A program made the position numbers and the translations under genes. From Octopus vulgaris (lineage: Eukaryota), in the NCBI GenBank assembly GCA_951406725.2, contig OX597816.1:43772001-43836000 (forward strand): DNA of 64,000 bases, in the 5' to 3' direction. Positions 13,151-26,290 of this stretch are shown here, one piece after another (the stretch's first letter is position 1; each line of letters starts with the position of its first letter). The notes beneath the pieces were generated by a model that was given only the letters and a program-made list of their open reading frames with translations, was not told where the DNA came from and did not search any database.

Positions 13151-13315
13151 TACGACGGGCTTCTTTAAGTATCCGTCTACCAAGTCAACTCTCAAGGCTT
13201 TGGTCGGCCTGAGGCTATAGTAGAAGACATTTGCTCAAGGTGCCACGCAGTGGGAATGAACCCTGAACCATGTGGCTGGTAAGCAAGCTACATACCACAC
13301 AGCCACTCCTGCGCC
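12858..13315 (-). mobile_element. SINE family A, full length
   Basis: rc GGCGCAGGAGTGGCTGTGTGGTATGTAGCTTGCTTACCAGCCACATGGTTCAGGGGTTCATTCCCACTGCGTGGCACCTTGAGCAAATG; tail GAAACGAGTAAAAGAG. Confidence 0.9.
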
Positions 13316-13335
13316 TATGATTGTTTTTTTTTAGC

Positions 13336-13730
13336 ACAGACGATCATGTGGTTTTGAGTTCAGTTTCACTCTTCGGCACATTGGACATATGCCTTCTACT
13401 ATGGTCGCAAGCTGACTGGCACCTTTTGAGTGAAGTTGGTAGACGAAAAACTCTGCAGAAGCCCGTCATATATATGCATACATATGTATGTATGTGTATG
13501 TGTGTGTGTGTGTCATTATGTTTGTGTGTGTCTTCTCCCTACCACTTCACAACGTGTGTCGGCTGCTTTATGTCCCCGTAATTTAGCTGTTTGGTTAAAT
13601 GTTTCGATAAAATAAATAGCTGACTTTAAGAAAATAAGTTTTGGGATCGATTGCTTCGACCAGACTCTTCAACACAGGTGTCCAAGCATGACAGGTTTCC
13701 AATTACTGTAACAGATAAAAGATAAAAGAG
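13336..13730 (+). mobile_element. SINE family A, older and degenerate
   Basis: GAGTTCAGTTTCACT...TTGGTAGACGAAAAACT...GTCCCCGTAATTTAGC...GATAAAAGAG. Confidence 0.7.
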
Positions 13731-13949
13731 GCTATTTAACCGATGCATATTTTGTTATGAAGTTCAAAGATATTTACTTATTCAAAGAAAGCAGTATTTT
13801 TAATTGTGTTGCTTCTTATCTGTAGTTACTTGAGCTTTCCTTTTTATATGGTATCGAGTTGCTCCCAGATATCCATTCAGAGAAATAGGCTATTATCAAT
13901 TTTTTTTTTTACTTAAGATATTGAAGTTTTACTACATGCTGTGATATCG

Positions 13950-14251
13950 GGATGAAAAGCAAAGTCGATCTCCGCAGAATTTGAACTCAGAATGTAAAGA
14001 CAGATAAAATGACAAAATACCTACTCCTTTACTACCCACAAGGGGCTAAACACAGAGAGTACAAACAAGGAGAGACAAGCGGATTAAATCGATTATATCT
14101 GCCCCAGTGCGTGACTGGTACTTAATTTATCGACCCCGAAAGGATGAAATGCAAAGTAGACGTCGGCGGAATTTCAACTCAGAACGTAGCGGCAGACGAA
14201 ATACTGCTAAGCATTTCGCCCGGCGTGCTAGCGATTCTGCCAGATCGTCAC
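13950..14251 (-). mobile_element. Long-tailed SINE B nested in the head of an older SINE B
   Basis: Tail-to-head junction AAATAC|CTACTCCTTTACTACCCAC at 14020/14021; degenerate B remnant at 13950-14020. Confidence 0.8.
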
Positions 14252-16689
14252 ACTTGTCCCAATATAAAATATTAACATCAGCATTATTATTATTGTTCAT
14301 GCTGTTCTGTTCAAATTATGTGGGCCTATTTTTGCATTTCTCCTATCTTGGTGTCGAAAAACTGACCCCTGCCAAATCTTGGAAGTCCATTTAATCGATT
14401 ATAGTAGAGACCTCCATCTTTATTATTGTTGAGGCTGATATTGTTGTGCTGTTCATAATGTTGTTATAGAGATATTAGCGGTCTCATGCGGAAACACGCT
14501 GTACTTAATGAGATTTCCTGTTTTTAAATTAAGCATGAAGCCACATATTTACATTCAAGGAACGTGACGATTTGACATGTTTCAAGCTCCCAAGGAATTA
14601 GGAAAACAAGTGAAGCGGTAAATCTACTAATAGGGAACGTTATCGAAAACAAAGTCTACTGCAATAAAAAGGACCATAGTGATTTCAGTGTCCGACGAAA
14701 TCACGTATGAAACTAGTAAAACCGAATTTCTGCTGGATTTCAACTGACGATTCTGAAGTTTAGACGTGAAAATATAATTCGCATTCAGGTCACGTGCATC
14801 GGTAAAAGTTGATATTCAAGACGAGAAGAGAATAAAGGAAGAGAGAGCTGACGAATCCCAAGTTATCAGTTGCCTTGTATAATTTGTGAGCATTAATAGA
14901 TATCAGAATAACAGAGCATTGTTTGAAGTGATAAATTTAACCGACTCTGGGCAGTTCAAATGCTAGGTCGAACGCGTTAGAATTTGAAAGCAGATATAAG
15001 TAAGACGCTAGTTGGTATGTTATTGTGTTGTATTACTCGTTCAGAAAAATAATATTTACAATATAAATAACAAGAACTGAACATTGCACTATTTTATTAC
15101 CAAATATTTCGAAATTTATCGTTTCGTAATGAAAAAATGCAGACAAAAAAAAAAGGATGAACCTATCTATGAAATTGCAGAGAATTCCTCAACTTTTGGA
15201 TTTACGTTTTTATCCTGTTATTTTGACATTTACTTTGTTTCACATTCCAGTCTGAATGCAATAACTTTTCCTAGCTGTTCCTAAAATAAAGTCCATCTGT
15301 TTGACAAGGGTCGTGCCCCTTTAGTTAATATACACCGGATATACAACCTATATGAAATGTTTCCAAGTGACATAAATCTCTTTTTCTGTCAGCAATAGAC
15401 TAACCTAACTTCACTCACTCAAAAGTATTAGTTGCCACCTCCAATTGTGTTTTTGTTTCATCCGACCTCTTCTTCTTTCTGTCTTTCATATTTTATGTAT
15501 TAACTACTACCATTGTTTTCTACGCAAGCTTGTCATGAATAGCCGTAATGTCGAAGACGATGATGATTGATGATGAAGTTGGTGGTGATGATGGCGACTA
15601 CGATGGCGACACGAATACTTTGCACAAAGAGAATAATTTTTGGTTTGAAATACGTGGGGGAAAAAACACAACCAGCTAACACCATCATCATCATCATCAT
15701 CTTCATCATCATCATCATCTTCATCATCATCATCACCAGGAGAAGGAAGAGTATAAGTATGATGTGCTGGTGGTACGAATGCTGTTACTACTCTCTGTTA
15801 TATTATTGTAGTAAATATTTGCTCTTATGCTTCTCCATATTCCTGGCCAATTCCTTATTGGTCCTCAATTCCACATGCAATGCTACGAACATTTCTATTG
15901 GCCTCATCATGTTTTCTCTTCTTCAAACTTCTTCTTCTTCTTCTACCAAATTATTATTCCAAAACAACTACCATTAGAAAATTTTAAGAAATAGTAAGTC
16001 TTATTGTTAGGGATGTACCGAAATTTATCGTTCAAAAAATTTGGAAGCTAAGGTGAGTTTGGTGAGATTCGAACTCAGTATACACTCAGGAGCAATCAAA
16101 CAACACAAGGGTGGTAGCATGTACTGAACTAGTACTTATTTTTTCGGCCCCACGGAAAATTAAATTTCACATAGATAGGTTTCCAGCAGAGTTTGATAGG
16201 AGACAAACAGAGCAAAGCATTATAATCGATGTTCTAAGACAATTCGAAGTTACGACCTGTCAGTTTTATATATAACATTGCAAATAAGAATTCTATATTA
16301 TATATGTACTCGTTGAAAACATTGTAATCAAATTTCTTGGCGTTTATATAGAGCGATGAAATGAGTACTAAAAAGTAAAATATTTAAAATATTTAAAAAA
16401 TAAGCTATTTTGAGAAGTAAAATATTTATGAGATGAAAATAAAATAAATTTAAACAGATTTTTGATTTGTATATTTACAATAAATAAGTGTAACTATTTT
16501 TCTAAATCTTTTGAACGTAATTGCAATTTAATAAATCGAAAACCCATCACTGTAAAATTTCATAAAAATGGTTTACCTTTCAGAAAATGAGAAAGTACTG
16601 ATCTTATATATCTTCAAATCTTTTTTTTTTTTCTATTTTTTGCCGACTCTCCTCGTGTTTGGCAAGAGAATCAACCAAACACCAACCCA

Positions 16690-17094
16690 TGATGCATTAT
16701 GTGGTATGAAGCTTCACCACCAGACGGTGCCAGGTTCAGTTCCACTGCATGTCACCTTAAGCAAGTGGGACTGAACCAAAGCCCTATGATTGGGTTTGGT
16801 TGTTGAGACCCCTTTGTTCATGATTGACAATGGGATTGCACCTAGAAAGTTACTCTCCCAGGCACAAATCCGGGCAAGGTTGTTTATGGAAGACCAGCAT
16901 TCGCCTACGCATAGCGCCTCCCCTCTCCACGCTAGTGTTATCTAAGGGAAAGGCAAAGACCGATACAGCTTGGCATCTGTGGCATCGCAACTCATTTCTG
17001 CAGCCCAGTACGGGATTCGAACTCACTACCTCACGATCGTAAGCCCGACGCTCTAACCACTGAGCCATGCGCCTTCACTGGGTTTGGTAGACAT

Positions 17095-17173
<79 letters not shown>

Positions 17174-17302
17174 GTGTGTGTGCCCTCTTACCTACTGCTT
17201 GACAACTGATGTTGATGTGTTTCACTCCCCGTAGAGTCGAGGTTCGGAAAAGAGAGAAAGCTAAAATAAGTGGGGCTTAGTCATTCGACTACAAATTCTT
17301 CA
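16690..17302 (+). mobile_element. Degenerate SINE family A interrupted by a family C SINE
   Basis: GTGGTATGAAGCTT...GGTTCAGTTCCACTGCATGTCACCTTAAGCAAGTG...TGGGTTTGGT[insert]AGAC...CTTGACAACTGATGTTGATGTGTT. Confidence 0.7.
16801..17078 (-). mobile_element. tRNA-derived SINE, family C, with 10-bp TSD
   Basis: rc head GTGAAGGCGCATGGCTCAGTGGTTAGAGCGTCGGGCTTACGATCGTGAGGTAGTGAGTTCGAATCCC (A and B boxes); TGGGTTTGGT at 16791-16800 and 17079-17088. Confidence 0.9.
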
Positions 17303-17304
17303 GA

Positions 17305-17460
17305 AAAACAAATGACGTAGACAGATGAATGAACAACAACCAGATGTATTACTTTGACGCTCGGGAAAGTAGGAACCCTTAAACGTTTCGAGCCTAAGCT
17401 CTTCGACAGAAAGGAATAGGAGAAAGTAAAGAGAGAATTAAAAAATCTTCTGGATTAACG
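17305..17460 (-). mobile_element. Dispersed repeat, probably a PLE terminal segment, with a hammerhead-like motif
   Basis: Homologous to 21781-21900 and 34595-34775; rc CCTTTCTGTCGAAGAGCTTAGGCTCGAAACGTTTAAGG. Confidence 0.55.
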
Positions 17461-17574
17461 ACATACACACACTCACGTATGTATTCGCATGTATATACGT
17501 ACGAACAAATATACACACGCATATATCTAGCTCTCTATCTGTCCATTTATCTTTCACTTTCTTTGTATGTGTGC

Positions 17575-17621
<47 letters not shown>

Positions 17622-17623
<2 letters not shown>

Positions 17624-17846
17624 GGAGTAAGCACATAAATGTGAAACAAGGTGGTAAAGAGAGTACTCAAATACCAGAGGCAGAGTAATATGCTTTATTT
17701 AAAAGCAGGAGAAATATAACAAAAGCTGTTATTCAGTTTCACGTTCCTGTTCGTCGGACAATTTATGAAACTGTCCGACAAACGGGAACGTGAAACTCTG
17801 AGTAACAGCGTTTGTTATATATCTGCTGCTTTTAAATAAAGTATAT
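17622..17846. mobile_element. Fold-back repeat (probably PLE-derived) with ~73-bp inverted arms
   Basis: 17688-17760 is the imperfect reverse complement of 17772-17846; embedded in (TA)n. Confidence 0.75.
17771..17808 (+). ncRNA. Minimal type I hammerhead-ribozyme-like motif, degenerate
   Basis: CTGT-CCGACAA-ACG GGAA CGT-GAAA-CTC T GAG-TA-ACAG: stems I, II and III all pair; the opposite arm keeps CCGACGA in the core. Confidence 0.55.
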
Positions 17847-17952
17847 ATATATATATGTGTTTGTATATATGTTTATATATACGCGTGTGTTTATATATAT
17901 AAAGATATTCAATAGATGAATATAGTAAATATCATATAAAATGTTTATATGT

Positions 17953-17996
<44 letters not shown>

Positions 17997-18206
17997 AGAT
18001 AGATAGATAGGTATGTGTGTGTGTGTATTTACATATATATTTATATATGTTTATATGTATATATATATATGTTTTTGTATATATGTTTATATATATTTGT
18101 ATATATATATATATTGTTTATGTATACGTTGGTATATGTATATTTATATATATATATTATTATACACGCACGCACACACACAAACACACATATATATATA
18201 TCTGTA

Positions 18207-18262
<56 letters not shown>

Positions 18263-18961
18263 ACTTACACAGATAAATATCCACCGGGGTTCATATTAAG
18301 AAAATATCAAAGCCTCTTTCTCTGCATATCAATCAATTTTATTTTAAAAAGAAGGAAAAAAAATCAGAATAAAAAGATAAAGTGCAGCAAGGAATGTACA
18401 TGCTGCTTGCTATATTACCCTATAACAATCTACATATTCGATTATAATCCACATAAATATAGTTACATTACGAAAAAAAAAAGTTATATATAAATGGTTG
18501 TGTAAATCAATACATGAATATAGTAAATATCATATAAAGGTTCTTCACACTTGCAATTTATGGCATAACACTTTGCGATTTTATTAATGAAAAGACACTA
18601 CGAAACAAATAAAGCAATATTGTTGGCCAAATAAATCATTGATTGTGTTATAAATGTAAAAGAATGTACAAAACAACACAGAAGAAACAATAATACAACA
18701 CTGAACATTAATACATTAATATACATGCCAAACTGAAATAACATATCATTGTCATTATATACATTATATACATAAATATTTTTTCCTCGTGTCACACAAT
18801 CCTTTTGCATGGAAAGGTTTAACCAAATATCTTTTCTGCTTTAAGAGGTAGGCTACAAGATATTATTCTGGAGAATTGCCATTCACGTCATTCTATTACG
18901 TTCAAGTATTTTCTGTTTGTTTTTGGTTTTTGTTAATTTAGTTCATTGTTTATTACTTTTG

Positions 18962-19009
<48 letters not shown>

Positions 19010-19409
19010 TTATTGTTGTTGTTATTATTAGTTTTTGTTGTTGTTTTATTCTTCTATTTATATATGTGATAAAGATGGAAAGATGTGTGTTAAGAGAAGA
19101 AAGAAAGAGCTTGCGATTACAGGAACCAACCTTCTGTACTCTTGGATATTTGACAACTTATCGAATAGTTGCGTATAGAAAGCAGCACGTGAGAAAATAC
19201 AAATGCTTGGAACCTAGCCACAGTTGTTAAACTAGAATTATAAAACTGAAGCGTACAAGTTAAAATAATTACTTAGAAAATATGAAAATAAGGATATTAA
19301 TAAGTTTCTTTTATTAGAAACAATGGAGGGTCTTTTTTATAATACCTGAATCTATCTATTACATTGGCCAATACGAAATCTTTTCTTGATATGTAAACAG
19401 AAACTGCAA

Positions 19410-19582
19410 AGCGGCAAAGTGGCAGAATCGTTAGCACGCCGAATACGATGCCTAGCGGCATTTCGTCCGTCTTTTATGTTTTGAGCTCAAAATCCGCCGT
19501 CGTAGGTTTTAACAATCATAAATAAGAACTAGCTGAACACTCCCTCGAAATTGTTGACCTTCTGCCAAAATTTGAAATCAGT
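19410..19582 (+). mobile_element. SINE family B, short-tailed, degenerate
   Basis: GCGGCAAAGTGGCAGAATCGTTAGCACGCCG...CCAAAATTTGAAATC. Confidence 0.7.
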
Positions 19583-19781
19583 TTGTATTCGATCAACTCA
19601 GACTAACTTAATGGAAAATGTTTCAGCTTTACTTCCCCTGTGTAGTGTGCTTGTTTTCTTATCACAGCATTACAAATCTTTGACGTAGATCGATAACATA
19701 TATTGGTGATAATTTCCGGCTTTACCAACCTCTTGTCTATAGTTTCGCCAAGAATTTCAATTGCGCTATCTTATAAATTCC

Positions 19782-19862
19782 AGCTTTCTTCTGAGCTACA
19801 ATTATTTGGTTGAGCTTGCTTTATGAAAGCTCAACCAAATAATTTCAACTCAGAAGAAGGCT
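19782..19862. repeat. Inverted repeat with ~36-bp arms and a 9-nt loop
   Basis: AGCTTTCTTCTGAGCTACAATTATTTGGTTGAGCTT / AAGCTCAACCAAATAATTTCAACTCAGAAGAAGGCT. Confidence 0.8.
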
Positions 19863-21738
19863 CCGAGGATTATTCCAGTAGAAGGTACTAATACTACAAA
19901 TAATCTTCCTATCTTACGAAGCTGAAGCTAGCTGACTGGATCAAAGAGTCTCTGCGAAATGTTCCCTGTTTTGGTAGTTGATTTATTTTTGCTATCGGAC
20001 ACCAAACTGTGGAAGAAAGGAAAAGTATCTAACTTTGAGACAATGCAGCAGTGGGAGCTACTTCGGGCGATGGGATAGAGATTTCCAAACACTGAATGCA
20101 TAAACACCCTGTTGATCTCCCACTCCGAAATGCAATTGTATTGTTCAAAAACTATTAGGAACGACGCTATTTACAAAAGCATGACGTAAACGAATCTAAT
20201 GATCGATGAGGTCATGGTTGGATCGTGCCGCCTATAGAAAGAAACTCGATATTTACAGTTTAGCAAAGTTCCCTTCATTCGAATAAAATCTGTAAGTATC
20301 TATTTTAAAGATATGTTTTAAAAAATATAATGTTAACTCCAGTATGATTTGAACTCGATATGCATTTGTTCAGGACTAGTTACGATAAAATATATACCTA
20401 TGACTCGGTGCCTAAGCTAACGGCTCCGACATAACTGTTTGCTCTAGATTTAGTAAGCTGATTACCAACCTTTAGAAATGTAAATTAAACATGTGCTGTA
20501 TTTTGTTGTATTCCACTAATTACTGCTTTCAAATACCGGTTACGTTATTATATTACATTTCATTCATGCTGGGTCAATAAAATAGTACCTGTTATGTACT
20601 GTTGTCAAATTGATCTCCTTTACGCTTCCTCTATTTGCCAAATAAGAGAAATCAATTTTTAATACAAATTTGATTTTCTGTCACAATATTCAAAAGAGCT
20701 ATGATTTTGTATGAAGTAGTTTTAACAGCCTGTCATATCTTAAATAACGTTATCACGTTATCGCATTTAATTTGTTTCCGCCACGTCACAGTGCAGACTA
20801 CTAGACTTTCAAACAGTTTCTAAATTGTTACCTTGTCAACTGCTTTCATTACTAATCCTGTTTTCAAACTGTTACACAAGCTAGAATTAATAATGCGTTT
20901 AAAACCTCACCCATTTCTGGTATAGTGTTGTTTTGTTTCTGTTTTTCAAAATAACACATCAGTATTTTACGTTTTTTTTCCTTCTATTTCTTTTTAAATA
21001 CTAATTTCAGAATCTTTACTCTGCAACGAAAATTGAAAATCAGAAAGATAATATTAGCCGTTTTTTGTTTAGACGTATAGAGGTTGTTTTTCTATTAACG
21101 CAGAGCAACAAAACGAAAAAGCAAGTTCAATTTACCCTGTATAAGTCTAGATCTAAGAACGAAATGTTATAAATCGTTGTGTCACATTAAATTCTTAGTT
21201 TAAGGCGCTTCCAAGTCAAGCAGTCATATAGACATAATTGCATACATATTGAGGTTTAAGTCGAATTTGATCCTATTGAGAAGGAGTTCACAGATAGATA
21301 TAATTGTTCTGAAGGCGGTCTTCAACATTCTGTGCCAATTAAAACATTCTACACGTTTAGATACAACTCAAACATATTTATGATGGACTTCAAAATAACG
21401 ATAATAGTTTAAATCTTAACTTAATTTGTAGCAGTCGTTCAAGCGCATTCCAGTTTCGGCCAAAAAATATATTTGGTAAAAACTTGAATTAAAACGCACA
21501 CACATCATACACACACACCCACACACATCATGCACACACACACCCACACACATCATGCACACACACACACACACGCACGTACGCACGCACGCGCGCACAC
21601 ACATGTATAATGTTATATCCATGATTTCAAGTGTGCAAGTGTGATTAGAAGGTGACAATGAATTATCTGACCAGCCATAATTCTGGACAAGACACATGTA
21701 TTATTGATCTCATTCCAATTTCATTCTCTCTCTCTCTC

Positions 21739-21780
<42 letters not shown>

Positions 21781-21781
<1 letters not shown>

Positions 21782-21900
21782 GGTGGGGAGTTCACGAAAA
21801 AAACAAAAGACGAAGATAGGTGGTGTACAAAACAAACAGATATATTAGTATAACGCTCAGGAATTGAAAAAGTCCTTTACGTTTCGAGCTTATACAGAAA
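21781..21900 (-). mobile_element. Copy of the PLE-terminal-like repeat, partly deleted
   Basis: ACAAAAGACGAAGATAGGTGGTG...TTTACGTTTCGAGC, shared with the 17305 and 34595 copies. Confidence 0.55.
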
Positions 21901-21949
21901 CACACACACACACACACCCAGACGCACACACACACACACACACACATAC

Positions 21950-21991
<42 letters not shown>

Positions 21992-21992
21992 C

Positions 21993-22026
<34 letters not shown>

Positions 22027-22156
22027 CAAAAATAAATATAAATTTATATTAAAATCCTACGCGCGTTTCATCAGTATTTTTGTTTGGAGCCATGCGATAG
22101 GAGTTTTAAATTCGTATAGATACTCAATCGCAACAGATCCTTAGGAAATACTTCAT

Positions 22157-22209
<53 letters not shown>

Positions 22210-22921
22210 TCTATATATATTTGTTTGTCAATAGCATATATGTTTCTATATGCGTGCGTGTATGTATGTGGGTGTGTGAATATATATATATATTTATATG
22301 TATTCATGTGTGTGTGTGTGTCACTGCGTGTATTAAATTTTTGCTCATTAATAACCATCTGGAAGATCTTATCTTGATAGTAATTATTAGTTAATGTGTA
22401 AAAGTTACCATTGTTGGTGTTGTATTATTTTATATTTTCGTTGCGTTCGTACACATCACCGAAGATAATTCCTTAGCTTCTATCAAATTTCAGAACACCT
22501 TAGAGAATCTTTGAAAGAGTTATATGTAATGATGACAAATATTTTGTGCTATTCAAGAGACACGTTTTCAATTTACATGAAAATGCCCCGCTTTCTGTGA
22601 AATTCTGTAGATTGGCGTACACAGCAAACTCATGTAATGTAAATTGAAACTCAGCTGAGAAGGTATATTTGGTTAGATATAGAAATGAATCGGATACCTT
22701 ATTGTATTTCAGGTCAATATATCAGTGTGTGTGCGTGTGTGTTAAAGCATATATACGTATATACGTATGTGCACGTATGTGTATATGCTTTCCTCGGCGC
22801 TTGATTATATGTACGTCAAATCCACACGCTCACACCACACACTCACACATACATACATATATATGTGTGTGTGTGTATACATATACGTATACATTTATAT
22901 ATGTAAACATCTACACACTCA

Positions 22922-22960
<39 letters not shown>

Positions 22961-23005
22961 GTTCTTTATAAAATTATTTTAGCATTCTCTATTTTGACTT
23001 ATCTT

Positions 23006-23038
<33 letters not shown>

Positions 23039-23281
23039 GTATATATATGTGTGTGTGTGCGTGTGTGTGTATATACGCACACACATATAACTATGTGTAT
23101 GAGTGCGTATGTATATATATATTCATGAATACATATAAATATATATATACGTATACATGTGTGTATGTAGATGCGTGTATATATATACATATGCGTATAT
23201 ATATGTGCGTGTGTTTGTGTGGGTGTATATATGTATATATATATGTATATATGTATATATATATGTATATATATATGTATA

Positions 23282-23328
<47 letters not shown>

Positions 23329-24674
23329 GTGTGTTTGTGAATACCTGTGCATGTCTATGTTTCTACATATGGGTAACCCGTCAAAGAGAAAAATCTCTGT
23401 AATATGTCTTTTAGTAGATTCAGATTGGTGCTTAATGTTTCATACATTTTTAGTTTCGTTTACATTTATTTATGACTATATTGTAAGTAAATATATGTAG
23501 AACAAAATGTAACATCCAGCTTAGCTGGATTACTATTATCAATATATATTTATATCAGCCTCTGATATTTTACTCTCTGATGACACGTAGAAATACTCCA
23601 GCCTCGTAAAGTTCATTCTCACTCATGCATTCTAGATAATTGTCATAGTGAATCATTGATTTTCGATACTTACATGGAGTGGGGTACAACAGCTTTAGGT
23701 ATGGATTCCATTCTATATATTTCGCATTCACCTTACAATTCATATCAACACATTAACATTATTTGATTGTGATGGATGTTGGTTTCCATAAACTGTGTTA
23801 TTTATCTGATTTTATCACTGAACTATGAAACACCAGGCTATAATTTTCATGCGAATTAATTATGAGGCGGTTTAAACCAGGTTACTTTACTCCTGCTTAG
23901 TTATCCTATTATAGGAAACGGGCATGAATTTTCAATGCAAAATAGCAAGAAGTATCTTACTGAGAAAGTCTCTTTAATTACTCCCTAGAGCTGTAGGAAA
24001 CCCTCTCAACGGTGTCCCATTTTAAGGATTTCTCGGGGTTCCTATTACTTCACCTTTTAGGTTTCTACTTATAGCAACTACTCAGTTTGCGTATGCTAGT
24101 AGAGAATGTGACTTATTTGAGATACTTACAAATGGTTATAATTAACCTTTTTGGATTAAAATATAAACACTACTATTAACATGATAATAAAATTCCGCGA
24201 TAAAACATTCGATATAAATGCAGGAAAACAGTACCTAGACAAAGGAACTATATGCATTCAGTTTTCCTGCTATCAAAACTTGTTATCCCATATAACAAGG
24301 AGAATTTTGGATTTATCCTCTGAAGGACGCGAGAATGCATTTCGCTGCAAAAACAATCCAATGGTAAATTTTTGCTCGCAGTCAAATTGTGGGAAATTAC
24401 TTAGAAATATGAATGACGTTTTCGGAGCGTTGGCCACGTGTATTTCTGCATCATGGGCATCGTCAACAATCTATTCAGTATCCGGTTTATAAAGCCTATA
24501 TCCAGTATTCGTAGGTGCACGCGCAGTGACTTAGAAAGATATGAATTCTGCAATACATTGACAATTTATTGTCCAATGTGTTTTTTTCACACATTTTATA
24601 CGCCAGAGAAATTTTCTACTGAAATTGCTTCTACAGAAATTGTTCTTCACGCGCCTAATTGTACACCGACATGT

Positions 24675-25126
<452 letters not shown>

Positions 25127-25891
25127 AGAAATAATTATATGTTCGCACAGACAGATGTCTCATGTCTCTATCATTTTCCAAACCTGACAGATTATTTTAT
25201 CGCCGCTTCTATTTTTGAACACTTATTATCGGCTTGACGTTTCCAACGACGGCTTTACACTATATGACACGTTGTCAACTACACGCGCACTTTCACTTCA
25301 CCAACGTCACACTATTTGCTAATGCTAAATGCATATGTATGTCACGATAATAATAATAATAACAATAATGATAATAATATTAATAATAATAATGATAAGA
25401 GGAATGCTTCACACCATTCCAGCGAATTAGATATAATACGAAGATTCCAGCACCGTAATTTACACTCTGCTATATCGATGGTTGGCGCAGCGGTCAATTG
25501 ACCATTTCATTTCTAATTAACTTCCCGTTAATGCATACAATTCCCTCACTTTCAGTTGTCTTGGCTTCTGCCAGTAATACACCGTATATACACTTTTCTT
25601 TCTTTTTTTTTTTCATTTTCCTTCCACCACCTCTTTCTTTGCACAATAGATCCCTCATCACGCTGAAGTTCTGGAAATTGTCAATGTTATGCCTTTGTCA
25701 ATCGAACAAGTTTGGTTCAGGTTCTATTAAGATCTTCTAAACTCCACCGACCTTGCTTTGCAGATTGTTAAGAGTGCAGTAAATGAAATTACAAAATCCA
25801 ATTAAAATATTATTGGATCTAATGCAGATGGGAACTACAGAATAAGTGTCAAAGTTATCACACTTTTTGCTTTAAACCCAACTAATTTCAA

Positions 25892-25949
<58 letters not shown>

Positions 25950-26047
25950 GCTTCATCATCATCAGTCTATACACCTGCCTTTATAATTATTTGTCTTATC
26001 ACCTATATAATTCTCTACATTCCTTTTTTTCCGAATCTATGTATCTT

Positions 26048-26290
26048 CGTGGAGAAGCGTGGCTTCGTGATTCGGGTGTTGGACTCATGATCGTAAGACT
26101 GTGGTTTCGATTACTGGACCGGGCGATGCGTTGTGTTCTTGAACAAAATACTTCATTTCACGTTGCTCCAGTATACTCAGCTGGCGAAAATGACTAGCAT
26201 CTCAGCGGAGAAGGATCTATATGCACCATGGAAACTGGGAAACCGGCCCTTATGAGTCTATGTGATTCGAAAATGAACTTCATCCGTTAT
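26048..26290 (+). mobile_element. SINE with a family C-type tRNA head
   Basis: GGAGAAGCGTGGCTTCGTG...CATGATCGTAAGACTGTGGTTTCGATT...TGTGTTCTTGAACAAAATACTTCATTTCACGTTGCTCCAG. Confidence 0.65.

Noticed and set aside
17005-17075. tRNA gene
   Set aside because: A and B boxes are present, but it is the head of a TSD-flanked SINE without a proper acceptor stem
21132-21155. miR-10-like start TACCCTGTA
   Set aside because: The match ends after 9 nt and there is no hairpin
25650-25730. Candidate exon after a pyrimidine tract
   Set aside because: No good donor, and an early stop in the phase that would follow the 9022-9387 exon
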